Assembly (NCBI RefSeq): GCF_003231495.1
Contig: NZ_PQWO01000028.1
Coordinates: 1 to 32,000 of the forward strand
Direction of reading: 5' to 3'
Length of the DNA stretch: 32,000 nucleotides
Source of the DNA: Acaryochloris thomasi RCC1774
GTDB lineage: Bacteria > Cyanobacteriota > Cyanobacteriia > Thermosynechococcales > Thermosynechococcaceae
This document shows, one piece after another, positions 23,947 to 32,000 of this stretch. Made by a program: the position numbers and the translations under genes. How positions within the stretch are numbered: the stretch's first letter is position 1; every line of letters begins with the position of its first letter. Under the pieces are notes generated by a model, which was given only the letters and a program-made list of their open reading frames with translations, was not told the DNA's origin and did not search any database.

Positions 23947-25827
23947 GTGATATCCATGGACGCTATCGCCGCCAGAGAAACTATCATTGAACGTTACAGA
24001 CAAAGGATCTCGCTCGGCAAACACGTTCGACTCTACAAGCGTGAACTCGAAGAACTTATACATGGATTCATCAATACACTCGAAACTATACATGAACCCG
24101 AGAGAATTCAAGCTGCCTGCCAAAACGAAATTGAACTATTAGAAGAAGGCTATCCACGACCAACGCTTGCTAGTTCTTATATTCCTCGCTACCGAAAAGC
24201 AATTGCTGAAGCGATCGCAACCCAAAAACTCCCTTCCTCAAAGCATCGATACCTCCATCACCAACGTCTGACCGGTCTTCCTCAAGAGCGTGACGAACAC
24301 TGGGCCTTAACCTTCTTCAAGTATTCGCAGGAACAGTACGAACACCTTGACCACCGACAGGCAAAAACCAATCGCAAGCGCCTCCTGAATTTACAGAAGG
24401 TGAATCCTTGGCAGTATCTCGATACTCTCAATGAGCTGCTGCTGGCGACCGGGAAATTTGCGGCTCGGCATCGCACTATCGCCATTGTCGGGTTCACGGG
24501 TCGCCGCTTTGGAGAAGTGGTCGCTCGCGGTTCGTTTTCATTAACGTCCCATCCCTACTTACTGCGCTTTGAAGGTCAGCAAAAGAGTGAGCGCGACGGC
24601 TATGACATCATCACCCTCATTCCTGCTGAGATTATTCTCATGCACCTCGAACGCCTCCGAGAAATGCCGGAACTGAAGCCTTTGGCAGCCATGCAGGGTC
24701 AAGAGTTGAAGAAAGCGATTAACAAGTTTGACGTTCAGGTCAACCGTGAATGCGACAAGCTATTGATGAAACCTGGCGTCATGCCTCCTCTCGATGGTAA
24801 AGAGCATGTGACCATTCATAACCTGAGAAGTCTATGGGGGGCGATCGCAACCTTCCTATTCTGTCCACCGGAACAACACGAGTATGCCTTCTTGCAGCAT
24901 TATCTCGGACATATTTTGGAATCATCTGCCACAGGACACTACTTTCGATACATACTAGTTGACCGTCAAGGACAGCTCTTGCAGCAAAAAGGTGTCAAGC
25001 TCCAAGACATCCCCCCTCTGCCGTTGTTGGAGATCGAGAATGCCTCCGAAGAAGTAGATGAAGCAGGCTTTGATACGGTGGATCCGTCACTAGATCTATC
25101 GCCAGAACAGCAGCCTCAAGACAGAGAAGTAACCCTAACAGCGCCACGGCAGAGGAATAACGAAGAAATGAATACGGAAGAACTTCAGGCAACACTGCGG
25201 CAAGATTGGCTGCAGGAGATCGAGCAGGTCAAACAAGAATTGCGCTCAGATTGGTCAGAGCAATTAACGACATTTAAACAACAGATCGAGCAGCAAATGA
25301 CAACATTGCGGCGGCAGCTCCAGCCAGAAGCCGTACAGGAACTCACGCAGGAAATTGACACCCTAAAAACCGAGCTGGATCAGGCACAGCAAGAGAAGCA
25401 AGAAATCGCAGCACAGCTTGCAGACGCCCAAGCGAAACTCAACAGCTTTCGTCAACTATTGTTGGGCAACGAGGAAGTCAAAAAAGAAGTCGAAGAGCAG
25501 CCGACAGAACGCAAGACAAAGGAAAGCCCTACAACAACGACACAGCGGAGAAGGCGGGCACCCGGAAAAGCAGCTCAGAGAGCACAAATCATTTTCGATG
25601 CCATACGAGCATGGAATGATCAGCATCCAGATGACACCTTAGCCTTTAGCCCTGGACTTCTAGAGACAATCTTCAAAGTTCACCGCAAAGCCGCGAAGGA
25701 ATTCTGCCAAGAGTTTCAAAACGAAATTGAAGATCACCATGCTGAAATCGGTGTCGAAAGACTACTGACACACAACAAAGGCAAAGACATTGACGGATTT
25801 AAACTGTTTGCCGAGGCGTTCCAATAG
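23947..25827 (+). CDS. Protelomerase / telomere resolvase family protein (TelN/TelK/ResT-like catalytic core) with coiled-coil and extra C-terminal domain
   Basis: The motifs are colinear with my recollection of phage N15 TelN. IAIVGFTGRRFGEVV corresponds to AAVSGRRMIEIM. LLRFEGQQKSERDGYDIITLIPAE corresponds to VNFSGQAKKRSEDK..IYTLCEA. VTIHNLRSLWGAIATFLF corresponds to VYKDSRAIYARIAYEMFF. FLQHYLGHILESSATGHYFRY corresponds to FMEILGHDDENTQLHYKQF. The R-K-R-H-Y catalytic set is present. The likely ATG is at 23956; 23947 is a GTG. Residues from about 400-520 are Q/E-rich heptad-like sequence. Confidence 0.8.
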   Translation: MISMDAIAARETIIERYRQRISLGKHVRLYKRELEELIHGFINTLETIHEPERIQAACQNEIELLEEGYPRPTLASSYIPRYRKAIAEAIATQKLPSSKHRYLHHQRLTGLPQERDEHWALTFFKYSQEQYEHLDHRQAKTNRKRLLNLQKVNPWQYLDTLNELLLATGKFAARHRTIAIVGFTGRRFGEVVARGSFSLTSHPYLLRFEGQQKSERDGYDIITLIPAEIILMHLERLREMPELKPLAAMQGQELKKAINKFDVQVNRECDKLLMKPGVMPPLDGKEHVTIHNLRSLWGAIATFLFCPPEQHEYAFLQHYLGHILESSATGHYFRYILVDRQGQLLQQKGVKLQDIPPLPLLEIENASEEVDEAGFDTVDPSLDLSPEQQPQDREVTLTAPRQRNNEEMNTEELQATLRQDWLQEIEQVKQELRSDWSEQLTTFKQQIEQQMTTLRRQLQPEAVQELTQEIDTLKTELDQAQQEKQEIAAQLADAQAKLNSFRQLLLGNEEVKKEVEEQPTERKTKESPTTTTQRRRRAPGKAAQRAQIIFDAIRAWNDQHPDDTLAFSPGLLETIFKVHRKAAKEFCQEFQNEIEDHHAEIGVERLLTHNKGKDIDGFKLFAEAFQ

Positions 25828-25922
25828 CGATGCTCAAACAGAGGATACAGGGGGTTTTGCCGCGTCTAGTAAAGCCGTCTGAGTGCAAGAGGAAAAGAAC
25901 CGCGCCGTCAACATAGAGACCA

Positions 25923-28283
25923 TTACACCGCACAGTGAGCAATGGTTACGCCTGTGCCCCCCTCAGATTGTTCAGCGAACTCATAGCGTTCGACTCGGGG
26001 ATGCTGCTTCAAGTATGCCTGCACACCTGCACGCAACTTTCCGGTGCCGTGGCCGTGAATAATCCAGAGAGAGCCGTGGGCCTGTGCGATCGCATCATCT
26101 AAAACCCGCTCAGCATCAGCGACCCGTGATCCGCGAAGGTCCAGCGTATTTTCAGACGTCCGTACTGTCAACGGTTTGGGAGCCGGAGGTGCAGGGGCCG
26201 GCTTCGGCTTTGGCTCTACCTTCTCACCCGTCATTGATTCAATCTCGGTCACACTAACCGTCATTTTCATCAGACCAAAGCGTACCGTCACCTCATCTGC
26301 ATCTGGGGCTAGACCAATCACCTCCGCCTTTTGTCCAATACTGGGAATCCGCACGCGGTCGCCCATCTGTGGCTTAAAAGTCGGCACCTTTGCCTTTGCA
26401 ACAGGCTTCTGAGACGGGAGGCGCTGCTGCGTTACCTGCTCCAGTTTCTGAGTCGCCTCCTGCGCAGCCTGAGCCGTCATCGGTCCCTGCTGCAGTTGCC
26501 GAATAACCTTGGCAATCTCTTTGCGAGCAATCTTAATTTCATGCTGAATCGCTCGCTCCTGCTGCTGCCTCAGTTCTCGCTCTCGCGCTTTGAGTTCAGA
26601 AGCCTTGTCAGAAACCTTTTGATGGAGTTGCTCCGTACTTTGGAGCAAGCGTGCCGCTGCCTGCGCCTTGGTTTCCTGCTGTCGCCGCTGATCTTCAAGA
26701 CCAGCAATCACTTCGTTGACTTCCTGGGTACCCCCACCAATGGACTGCTGGGCCTGATCAAGAATGGACTCTCGAAATCCAAGACGTTTGGCAATGATCA
26801 GGGCGTTCGAGCGCCCTGGAATACCCCACAGCAAGCGATAGGTGGGCGAGAGGGTTTGGTCATTGAATTCAACCGAGGCATTTTCAAATCTTGGGTCTTG
26901 GTATTTAAGCGCTTTGAGTTCACCAAAGTGAGTTGTGGCAACCGTAAGCTGAGCGTGATCAGCCAGGTGCTGCAGAAGTGCGATCGCCAACGCACTTCCT
27001 TCTAATGGATCAGTCCCGGCCCCGACCTCATCCAGTAATACTAGAGAGCGATCCGTCAGACTTTCAATGATGGATTGAATCCGCCGAATATGACCTGAGA
27101 AAGTAGATAGGCTCTGCTGCAGAGATTGCTCATCGCCAATATCGGCCAGCACCTGATCGAACCACGGCAGCTCAACCGGTTCTTGAGCCGGGACGAACAA
27201 ACCCACCTTTGCCATTAGGAACGCCAGCCCTAGCGTCTTCAAGGTGACGGTTTTGCCGCCGGTATTGGGGCCGGTAATCGCGACAACCCTAATCTGGGGC
27301 GAGACCACCACGTTGATAGGCACAACAGGATCGCCTTGCTCATGATTCTGCTGCCAAACCAAAAGAGGATGGCGAAGCTGCCGCAGCGTTAAAGGTTCTT
27401 CTGAATCAACAAATCGAGGCTGGTTAGCCCCCAGCCAATAGCCATAGCGCGCCCGCGCTGCGGCCAGGTCTAACGTAGTTACAATCATGACCAGATGTTC
27501 AAGGTCAGCCTGGACCTCTGCGACCTTTTCCGTCAGACGCCGCCGAATGGCCTCTGATTCAGCCTCTGCTCTTCGCTTAAGTTGGCGCAGTTGATTATTG
27601 AGGTTGACCGTAGACTGTGGCTCGATATAGAGCGTCACCCCACTGGTGGACGTATCGTGAACAATACCAGGGATGGCATCTTTCTGAGGTGCCTTCACAG
27701 GCAGAACAAAGCGATCGCCCCGTTGTGTAACCAACTGTTCCTGAAGCGCCCCTGCCTTGCGCTGCAGCAAACTCTGCAGAACTTTCTGAATCTGAGCGTG
27801 GGTCTGACGCTGTTTGGCACGGATTCCGACCAACTTCTCACTAGCGCGGTCAGCAACATCTCCTCGATCATCAATACAGTGATGAATTTCCTGTTCTAGT
27901 TCCGGGTAAGTTCTCAGATCAGCCACCAGGCGATTGAGTGCAAGAAGCTCAGGCTGGCGATCAATCAGGCGTCGCAGCTGCCGGGTGCCAGCGAGGGTGG
28001 TCGCCAACTGCAGCAATTCTTCACCACTGAGAACGCCCTGCTTTTCGGAGCGCTCCAAAGCCGCTCGGATATCGTAGATGCCATTAAAGACCAGCGGCGT
28101 CAACAGCCGATTTTCTAAGTCATAGACCTCTCGGGTCTGATTGAGAAGCGTCTGACTCTCAGACAGTTGCCCCGGAATCTCCAATGCCTGTGCTGCGGCA
28201 ACCCCTAACTTTGTTGCAGCGAAAGTCGATAGGTGCTGGCACAGACGCGGCCATTCCAGCAAATCCAGAGTTTTGACAGGCAT
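25923..28283 (-). CDS. mutS2: Endonuclease MutS2 (MutS domain V ATPase + C-terminal Smr domain)
   Basis: The start is MPVKTLDLLEWPRLCQHLSTFA. The Walker A is ITGPNTGGKTV, followed by LLDEVGAGTDP and TTHFGELK. The C-terminal Smr part reads LDLRGSRVADAE...IIHGHGTGKLR. Confidence 0.9.
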   Translation of the reverse strand: MPVKTLDLLEWPRLCQHLSTFAATKLGVAAAQALEIPGQLSESQTLLNQTREVYDLENRLLTPLVFNGIYDIRAALERSEKQGVLSGEELLQLATTLAGTRQLRRLIDRQPELLALNRLVADLRTYPELEQEIHHCIDDRGDVADRASEKLVGIRAKQRQTHAQIQKVLQSLLQRKAGALQEQLVTQRGDRFVLPVKAPQKDAIPGIVHDTSTSGVTLYIEPQSTVNLNNQLRQLKRRAEAESEAIRRRLTEKVAEVQADLEHLVMIVTTLDLAAARARYGYWLGANQPRFVDSEEPLTLRQLRHPLLVWQQNHEQGDPVVPINVVVSPQIRVVAITGPNTGGKTVTLKTLGLAFLMAKVGLFVPAQEPVELPWFDQVLADIGDEQSLQQSLSTFSGHIRRIQSIIESLTDRSLVLLDEVGAGTDPLEGSALAIALLQHLADHAQLTVATTHFGELKALKYQDPRFENASVEFNDQTLSPTYRLLWGIPGRSNALIIAKRLGFRESILDQAQQSIGGGTQEVNEVIAGLEDQRRQQETKAQAAARLLQSTEQLHQKVSDKASELKARERELRQQQERAIQHEIKIARKEIAKVIRQLQQGPMTAQAAQEATQKLEQVTQQRLPSQKPVAKAKVPTFKPQMGDRVRIPSIGQKAEVIGLAPDADEVTVRFGLMKMTVSVTEIESMTGEKVEPKPKPAPAPPAPKPLTVRTSENTLDLRGSRVADAERVLDDAIAQAHGSLWIIHGHGTGKLRAGVQAYLKQHPRVERYEFAEQSEGGTGVTIAHCAV

Positions 28284-28598
28284 TCTAGACCTAAAACAGC
28301 TAACAGAATTATCGTGACACACTCCTACGCTAGACGCTATGTGGGACAGACGCTACAAGGGTCAAAAGACCGCTAATCAGATCGACGAGGAAAATTTCTC
28401 TTCAAGATGCTTAACATTTTGTAAAGATTGGGTATACTGGGTATTAATTCTTATTGCAAGCGTTTTTGATTAGCGTAGCCACCGTTCAGGCAACCTGAGC
28501 TGGGGTAGCCCAAAGATGGTTTCGTTGGTCTGTTCAGCAAGATACTCTCTTAGCTCAAACCTATAAACCGCCTCAATTCTCTGACCGCCCTAGCGTCG

Positions 28599-30221
28599 AT
28601 GATTATGCTTACTCAAATTCCTTGGCTTACGGTTTTAATCGCCTTTCCTTTAGTGAGTGCGATCGCAATTCCCATCCTTCCAGATCCAAACGGGAAAACG
28701 ACTCGCTGGTACGCCCTCTCTACGGCCTTAATTGAACTGGCCCTAATGGTTTACGCCTTCTGGGGAAACTACACCTTTAGCCTTGCAGACCTTCAGCTCA
28801 CAGAGACCTACCCGTGGGTCCCACAAATTGGCCTCAATTGGTCTCTAGCCGTTGACGGCCTTTCAATGCCGCTGATTCTGCTGACGGGCTTCATCAACGC
28901 ATTAGCAATCTTCGCCGCCTGGAACGTCACGAAAAAGACAAAACTGTTCTACTGTTTGATGCTAGTTCTGCTCAGTGCTCAGATTGGAGTCTTCGCCGCT
29001 CAAGATATGCTCCTGTTTTTCCTGATGTGGGAGATTGAGCTGATTCCGGTCTATCTACTGATTTCGATTTGGGGCGGACCGCAGCGTCAGTACGCCGCCA
29101 CTAAGTTCATTCTTTACACAGCCGTTGGCTCCATCTTTATTTTGGTCGCTGGCCTAGCAATGGCTTTCTATGGCGACACCACCACCTTTGATATGGCAGC
29201 ATTGGCTCAAAAGCATTATCCGCTGGCCTTTGAGATGCTTAGCTACATTGGTCTTCTGATTGCCTTCGGCGTCAAGCTACCAATCTTCCCATTCCACACA
29301 TGGCTACCTGATGCCCACGGTGAAGCCTCTGCTCCCGTCTCAATGGTTTTAGCTGGAGTTCTCCTGAAGATGGGAGGCTATGGATTGATTCGTATGAACG
29401 TCCAAATGCTGCCCCACGCTCACATTCACTTAGCCCCTATATTGGCAGTCCTAGGCGTAGTCAACATTGTCTACGGGGCATTGAACGCCTTCAGCCAAGC
29501 TAACTTGAAACGTTGTCTGGCCTGCTCGTCTATCTCTCACATGGGATTCGTTCTGATCGGCATCGCCACCTTGAGCAACCTGGGTCTCAATGGAGCAGTC
29601 CTCCAGATGGTCTCGCACGGACTGATTGCAGCCTCACTCTTCTTCCTCGCTGGGATTATCTACGATCGCACCCACACCCTCACGATTGAGAAAATGGGTG
29701 GCATGGCAAAGCTAATGCCCACAGTCTTCGCTTTATTCACGATTAGCGGCATGGCGTCATTGGCGCTACCCGGCATGAGTGGCTTCGTGGGTGAGCTAAC
29801 GATCTTCCTGGGTGTAGCGAACACAACGGTCTACACCGCTTCCTTCAAATTGATGGTGATCTTGTTAGCGGCGGTTGGCTTGATTTTGACCCCTATTTAT
29901 CTGCTATCCATGCTGCGCCGCGTGTTCTACGGCAAAGCAGGTGATATTGCATCTTCTGCCTGGATTGATGCCCAGCCTCGAGAAGTCTTCATCACCATCT
30001 GCCTATTGCTACCGATTATTGGGATTGGTCTCTATCCCAAAATAGTGATGCAGACCTACGATGTAACGACGATGGCCATTGCCCAGAATCTAGAGCAAGA
30101 AGTGACGGTTGTTGCGCAGCAAGGTCATTTTTCCAGTGCGCTGGCGCTTCAAGAATTTCATGCCCCTGACCTATCTACTTCTGGTCAAAAAATCATGGGA
30201 GTTATGAATCCAGCTCGATAG
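28599..30221 (+). CDS. ndhD: NAD(P)H-quinone oxidoreductase subunit 4 (NDH-1 NdhD, D1/D2-like)
   Basis: This is a polytopic membrane protein with [47 protein letters not shown] and [18 protein letters not shown]. These are the characteristic NuoM/NdhD motifs. Confidence 0.9.
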   Translation: MIMLTQIPWLTVLIAFPLVSAIAIPILPDPNGKTTRWYALSTALIELALMVYAFWGNYTFSLADLQLTETYPWVPQIGLNWSLAVDGLSMPLILLTGFINALAIFAAWNVTKKTKLFYCLMLVLLSAQIGVFAAQDMLLFFLMWEIELIPVYLLISIWGGPQRQYAATKFILYTAVGSIFILVAGLAMAFYGDTTTFDMAALAQKHYPLAFEMLSYIGLLIAFGVKLPIFPFHTWLPDAHGEASAPVSMVLAGVLLKMGGYGLIRMNVQMLPHAHIHLAPILAVLGVVNIVYGALNAFSQANLKRCLACSSISHMGFVLIGIATLSNLGLNGAVLQMVSHGLIAASLFFLAGIIYDRTHTLTIEKMGGMAKLMPTVFALFTISGMASLALPGMSGFVGELTIFLGVANTTVYTASFKLMVILLAAVGLILTPIYLLSMLRRVFYGKAGDIASSAWIDAQPREVFITICLLLPIIGIGLYPKIVMQTYDVTTMAIAQNLEQEVTVVAQQGHFSSALALQEFHAPDLSTSGQKIMGVMNPAR

Positions 30222-30283
30222 ATAAATCTTTCTAGAAAAGGATTGGGGATAAACCAAACCGTCACTCTCAAATTTTCAAAACG

Positions 30284-30319
30284 AAGCTGGCAGCGGATCT
30301 AAACCGTTGTCAGCTTTTT
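30284..30319 (+). terminator. Rho-independent terminator after ndhD
   Basis: AAGCUGGCAGCGG-AUCUAAA-CCGUUGUCAGCUU forms a 13-bp stem including two G-U pairs that exist only in the plus-strand RNA. It runs into U5. Confidence 0.6.
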
Positions 30320-30381
30320 AGTTGGTAGAGATCCCGTCAAATCACATTGCAGCGATTTGGGGTTGGTCAGTGACCCTCACC

Positions 30382-32000
30382 TCACACGGCCAACGCTTTT
30401 GGAAGTTCAATATCAAAACCCTGCACATAATTGACGCTGATGCTCTGAAGTTTTTCTCGAATCTCTACACTGCTAACGAATTCAGCAATCGTTTGCAGCC
30501 CCATCACATGCCCAATATGGTTGATGGATTCCACAATCGCATAGGTCGCCGGGTCATCTGCCAGGTCATCCATAAACCCACCATCAATCTTGAGATAATC
30601 GACGGGCAATGTTTTGAGATAGGCGAAAGATGACATGCCTGCCCCAAAGTCATCGAGCGCAAACGAACAGCCCAATTCCTTGATCTCCTTCATAAAGCTA
30701 ACGGCTTGGCCCAAGTTGGAGATAATCGCCGTTTCCGTAATTTCAAAGCAAATCCACTGGGCCGCCTCTGGATGTTGCCCCAATTGCTGCTTCAGGAAGT
30801 GAAGGAATTGCCCATCCCCCACACTCGCCCCGGATAGGTTAATCATATATTGGGTAGGCTGTGCCTTCTGTTCCTTGCTCATATGTAAACGAGGATAAAA
30901 GTCGTTCAGGAACTTACTAATCACCCATTTATCAACCTCTAAGATGAGATTGTAGCGTTCTGCTGCCGGAATAAACTCCCCTGCCGTAACCACCCTATTC
31001 TGCTCATCAATCATCCGCAGCAAAATTTCACAGAAGTATTGCTTTCCAGAATTCTCTATCGTTGGGACGATTGCCTGACCATATAAACAGAAAAGATCAT
31101 CCTCCAGCGCTTGCTTAATCCGTACGCTCCACTGCTGTTCTCCACGCTGTTGTAAGAGGGTTGCATCATCATCCTGATACACTTGAATGCGATTGCGGCC
31201 CTTGGCCTTCGCTGCATAGCAGGCTGCATCAGCAGCCCCCACAATGCTCTCTAGGTCAGCACTCTCTTGATCTATAGTCACGAGGCCAATGCTTGCTCCA
31301 ATGCTAAACGCTTTATTGTTCCATTGAAATCTAAAGGATTGAATCGCTTGGCGTAGGTTTTCCGCAATCTCAGTCGCCCGCTCCAACGGACATTGATGAA
31401 GGAGAATTGCAAACTCATCTCCTCCTAAGCGAGCTAGAACATCTGTTACCCGAATGGCCTGTTGCAAAAGCTTCGACACCTGACGGAGTACTTCATCACC
31501 CGCTGCGTGGCCACAGGTATCATTGATAACCTTGAACTGGTCAAGGTCCAAAAAGCAAAGCACATGCTGCTGTGCCTCTTCTTGAGATACCTGCAGTGCG
31601 TGGAGGAGGATCTGTTCAAATTTGCGACGATTGGCAAGGCCGGTCAATGGATCATGACTGGCCTGCCATGAGAGCTGACGGGTGAGATTACGAGAATGAG
31701 TCACATCATGAAAAACCATAACGGCCCCGATAACCTGACCATCTCGGTCTTGAATGGGGGCTGCAGAATCCTCAATTGCATATTCAGTTCCATTACGAGC
31801 CACTAGAACCGTGTGGTTGGCTAGACCCACCACACGGTCTTCCCGCAATGCTTTTTGAATAGGGTTCTCGGCAGGCTGCCGCGTTTCTTCATGGACAAGG
31901 TGAAAGACCTCAGCGAGGGGGCGTCCTTGTGTCTCCGACGTTTTCCACCCTGTAAGGTGTTCTGCCACTGGATTGAAGTGGTAGATATTTCCCTGGGTAT
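30382..32000 (-). CDS. PAS-GGDEF-EAL signalling protein (c-di-GMP turnover), N terminus outside the window
   Basis: The PAS-like part reads AEHLTGWKTSETQGRP. The GGDEF part reads RLGGDEFAILL. The EAL domain contains EILLRM, ..INLS.., ..FEITET.., ..ALDDFGAG.., ..LKID... The frame stays open upstream of the GTG at 31968 to the window edge (...TQGNIYHFNPVAEHL). Confidence 0.85.
   Translation of the reverse strand, partial: TQGNIYHFNPVAEHLTGWKTSETQGRPLAEVFHLVHEETRQPAENPIQKALREDRVVGLANHTVLVARNGTEYAIEDSAAPIQDRDGQVIGAVMVFHDVTHSRNLTRQLSWQASHDPLTGLANRRKFEQILLHALQVSQEEAQQHVLCFLDLDQFKVINDTCGHAAGDEVLRQVSKLLQQAIRVTDVLARLGGDEFAILLHQCPLERATEIAENLRQAIQSFRFQWNNKAFSIGASIGLVTIDQESADLESIVGAADAACYAAKAKGRNRIQVYQDDDATLLQQRGEQQWSVRIKQALEDDLFCLYGQAIVPTIENSGKQYFCEILLRMIDEQNRVVTAGEFIPAAERYNLILEVDKWVISKFLNDFYPRLHMSKEQKAQPTQYMINLSGASVGDGQFLHFLKQQLGQHPEAAQWICFEITETAIISNLGQAVSFMKEIKELGCSFALDDFGAGMSSFAYLKTLPVDYLKIDGGFMDDLADDPATYAIVESINHIGHVMGLQTIAEFVSSVEIREKLQSISVNYVQGFDIELPKALAV

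Noticed and set aside
26331-27005. A 224-aa plus-strand ORF, plus 26176-26412, 26798-26995 and 27582-27899
   Set aside because: These are Leu/Arg/Ser-rich shadow frames antisense to, or overlapping, the well-supported mutS2 coding sequence.
30322-30633. A 103-aa plus-strand ORF after ndhD
   Set aside because: It lies antisense to the conserved EAL domain of the GGDEF-EAL gene, and the ndhD terminator precedes it.

Overview
This is a cyanobacterial segment of roughly 50% GC, rich in the HIP1 octamer GCGATCGC, and dominated by a phycocyanin / phycobilisome-rod supercluster. From left to right it contains the following.

(1) 1-727: a low-GC stretch with no long ORF.
(2) 728-3400: a nest of decayed insertion sequences. 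These are an IS982-like fragment, two IS630-family copies (one split by a MITE with 22-bp inverted repeats), and a truncated IS5-family element.
(3) nblA, a Ser/Thr kinase, and a divergent REC-wHTH-pseudoREC-REC regulator that resembles RcaC.
(4) Minus-strand cpcB-cpcA | terminator | cpcE-cpcF.
(5) Three cpcG paralogs. Two are CpcL-type with C-terminal membrane anchors. A ParB-like / degenerate DNA-methylase gene sits between the first and second paralogs.
(6) cpcS.
(7) A minus-strand operon: cpcC, a two-domain CpcD protein, and a CpcM-like methyltransferase.
(8) hemH-ho1-cpcT.
(9) A 5'-truncated alpha/beta-hydrolase remnant directly abutting an intact protelomerase (telomere resolvase, TelN/TelK/ResT family) gene.
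(10) mutS2, ndhD, and a partial PAS-GGDEF-EAL gene.

I found no rRNA, tRNA or CRISPR array.

The most unusual content is the catalytically complete protelomerase embedded among housekeeping and photosynthesis genes, with no obvious adjacent telomere palindrome. The ParB/degenerate-methylase gene inside the cpcG array is the second oddity. An L-box-like OmpR-class direct repeat upstream of cpcC is the third.

All calls rest on reading translated ORFs and motifs by eye. No database search was run.
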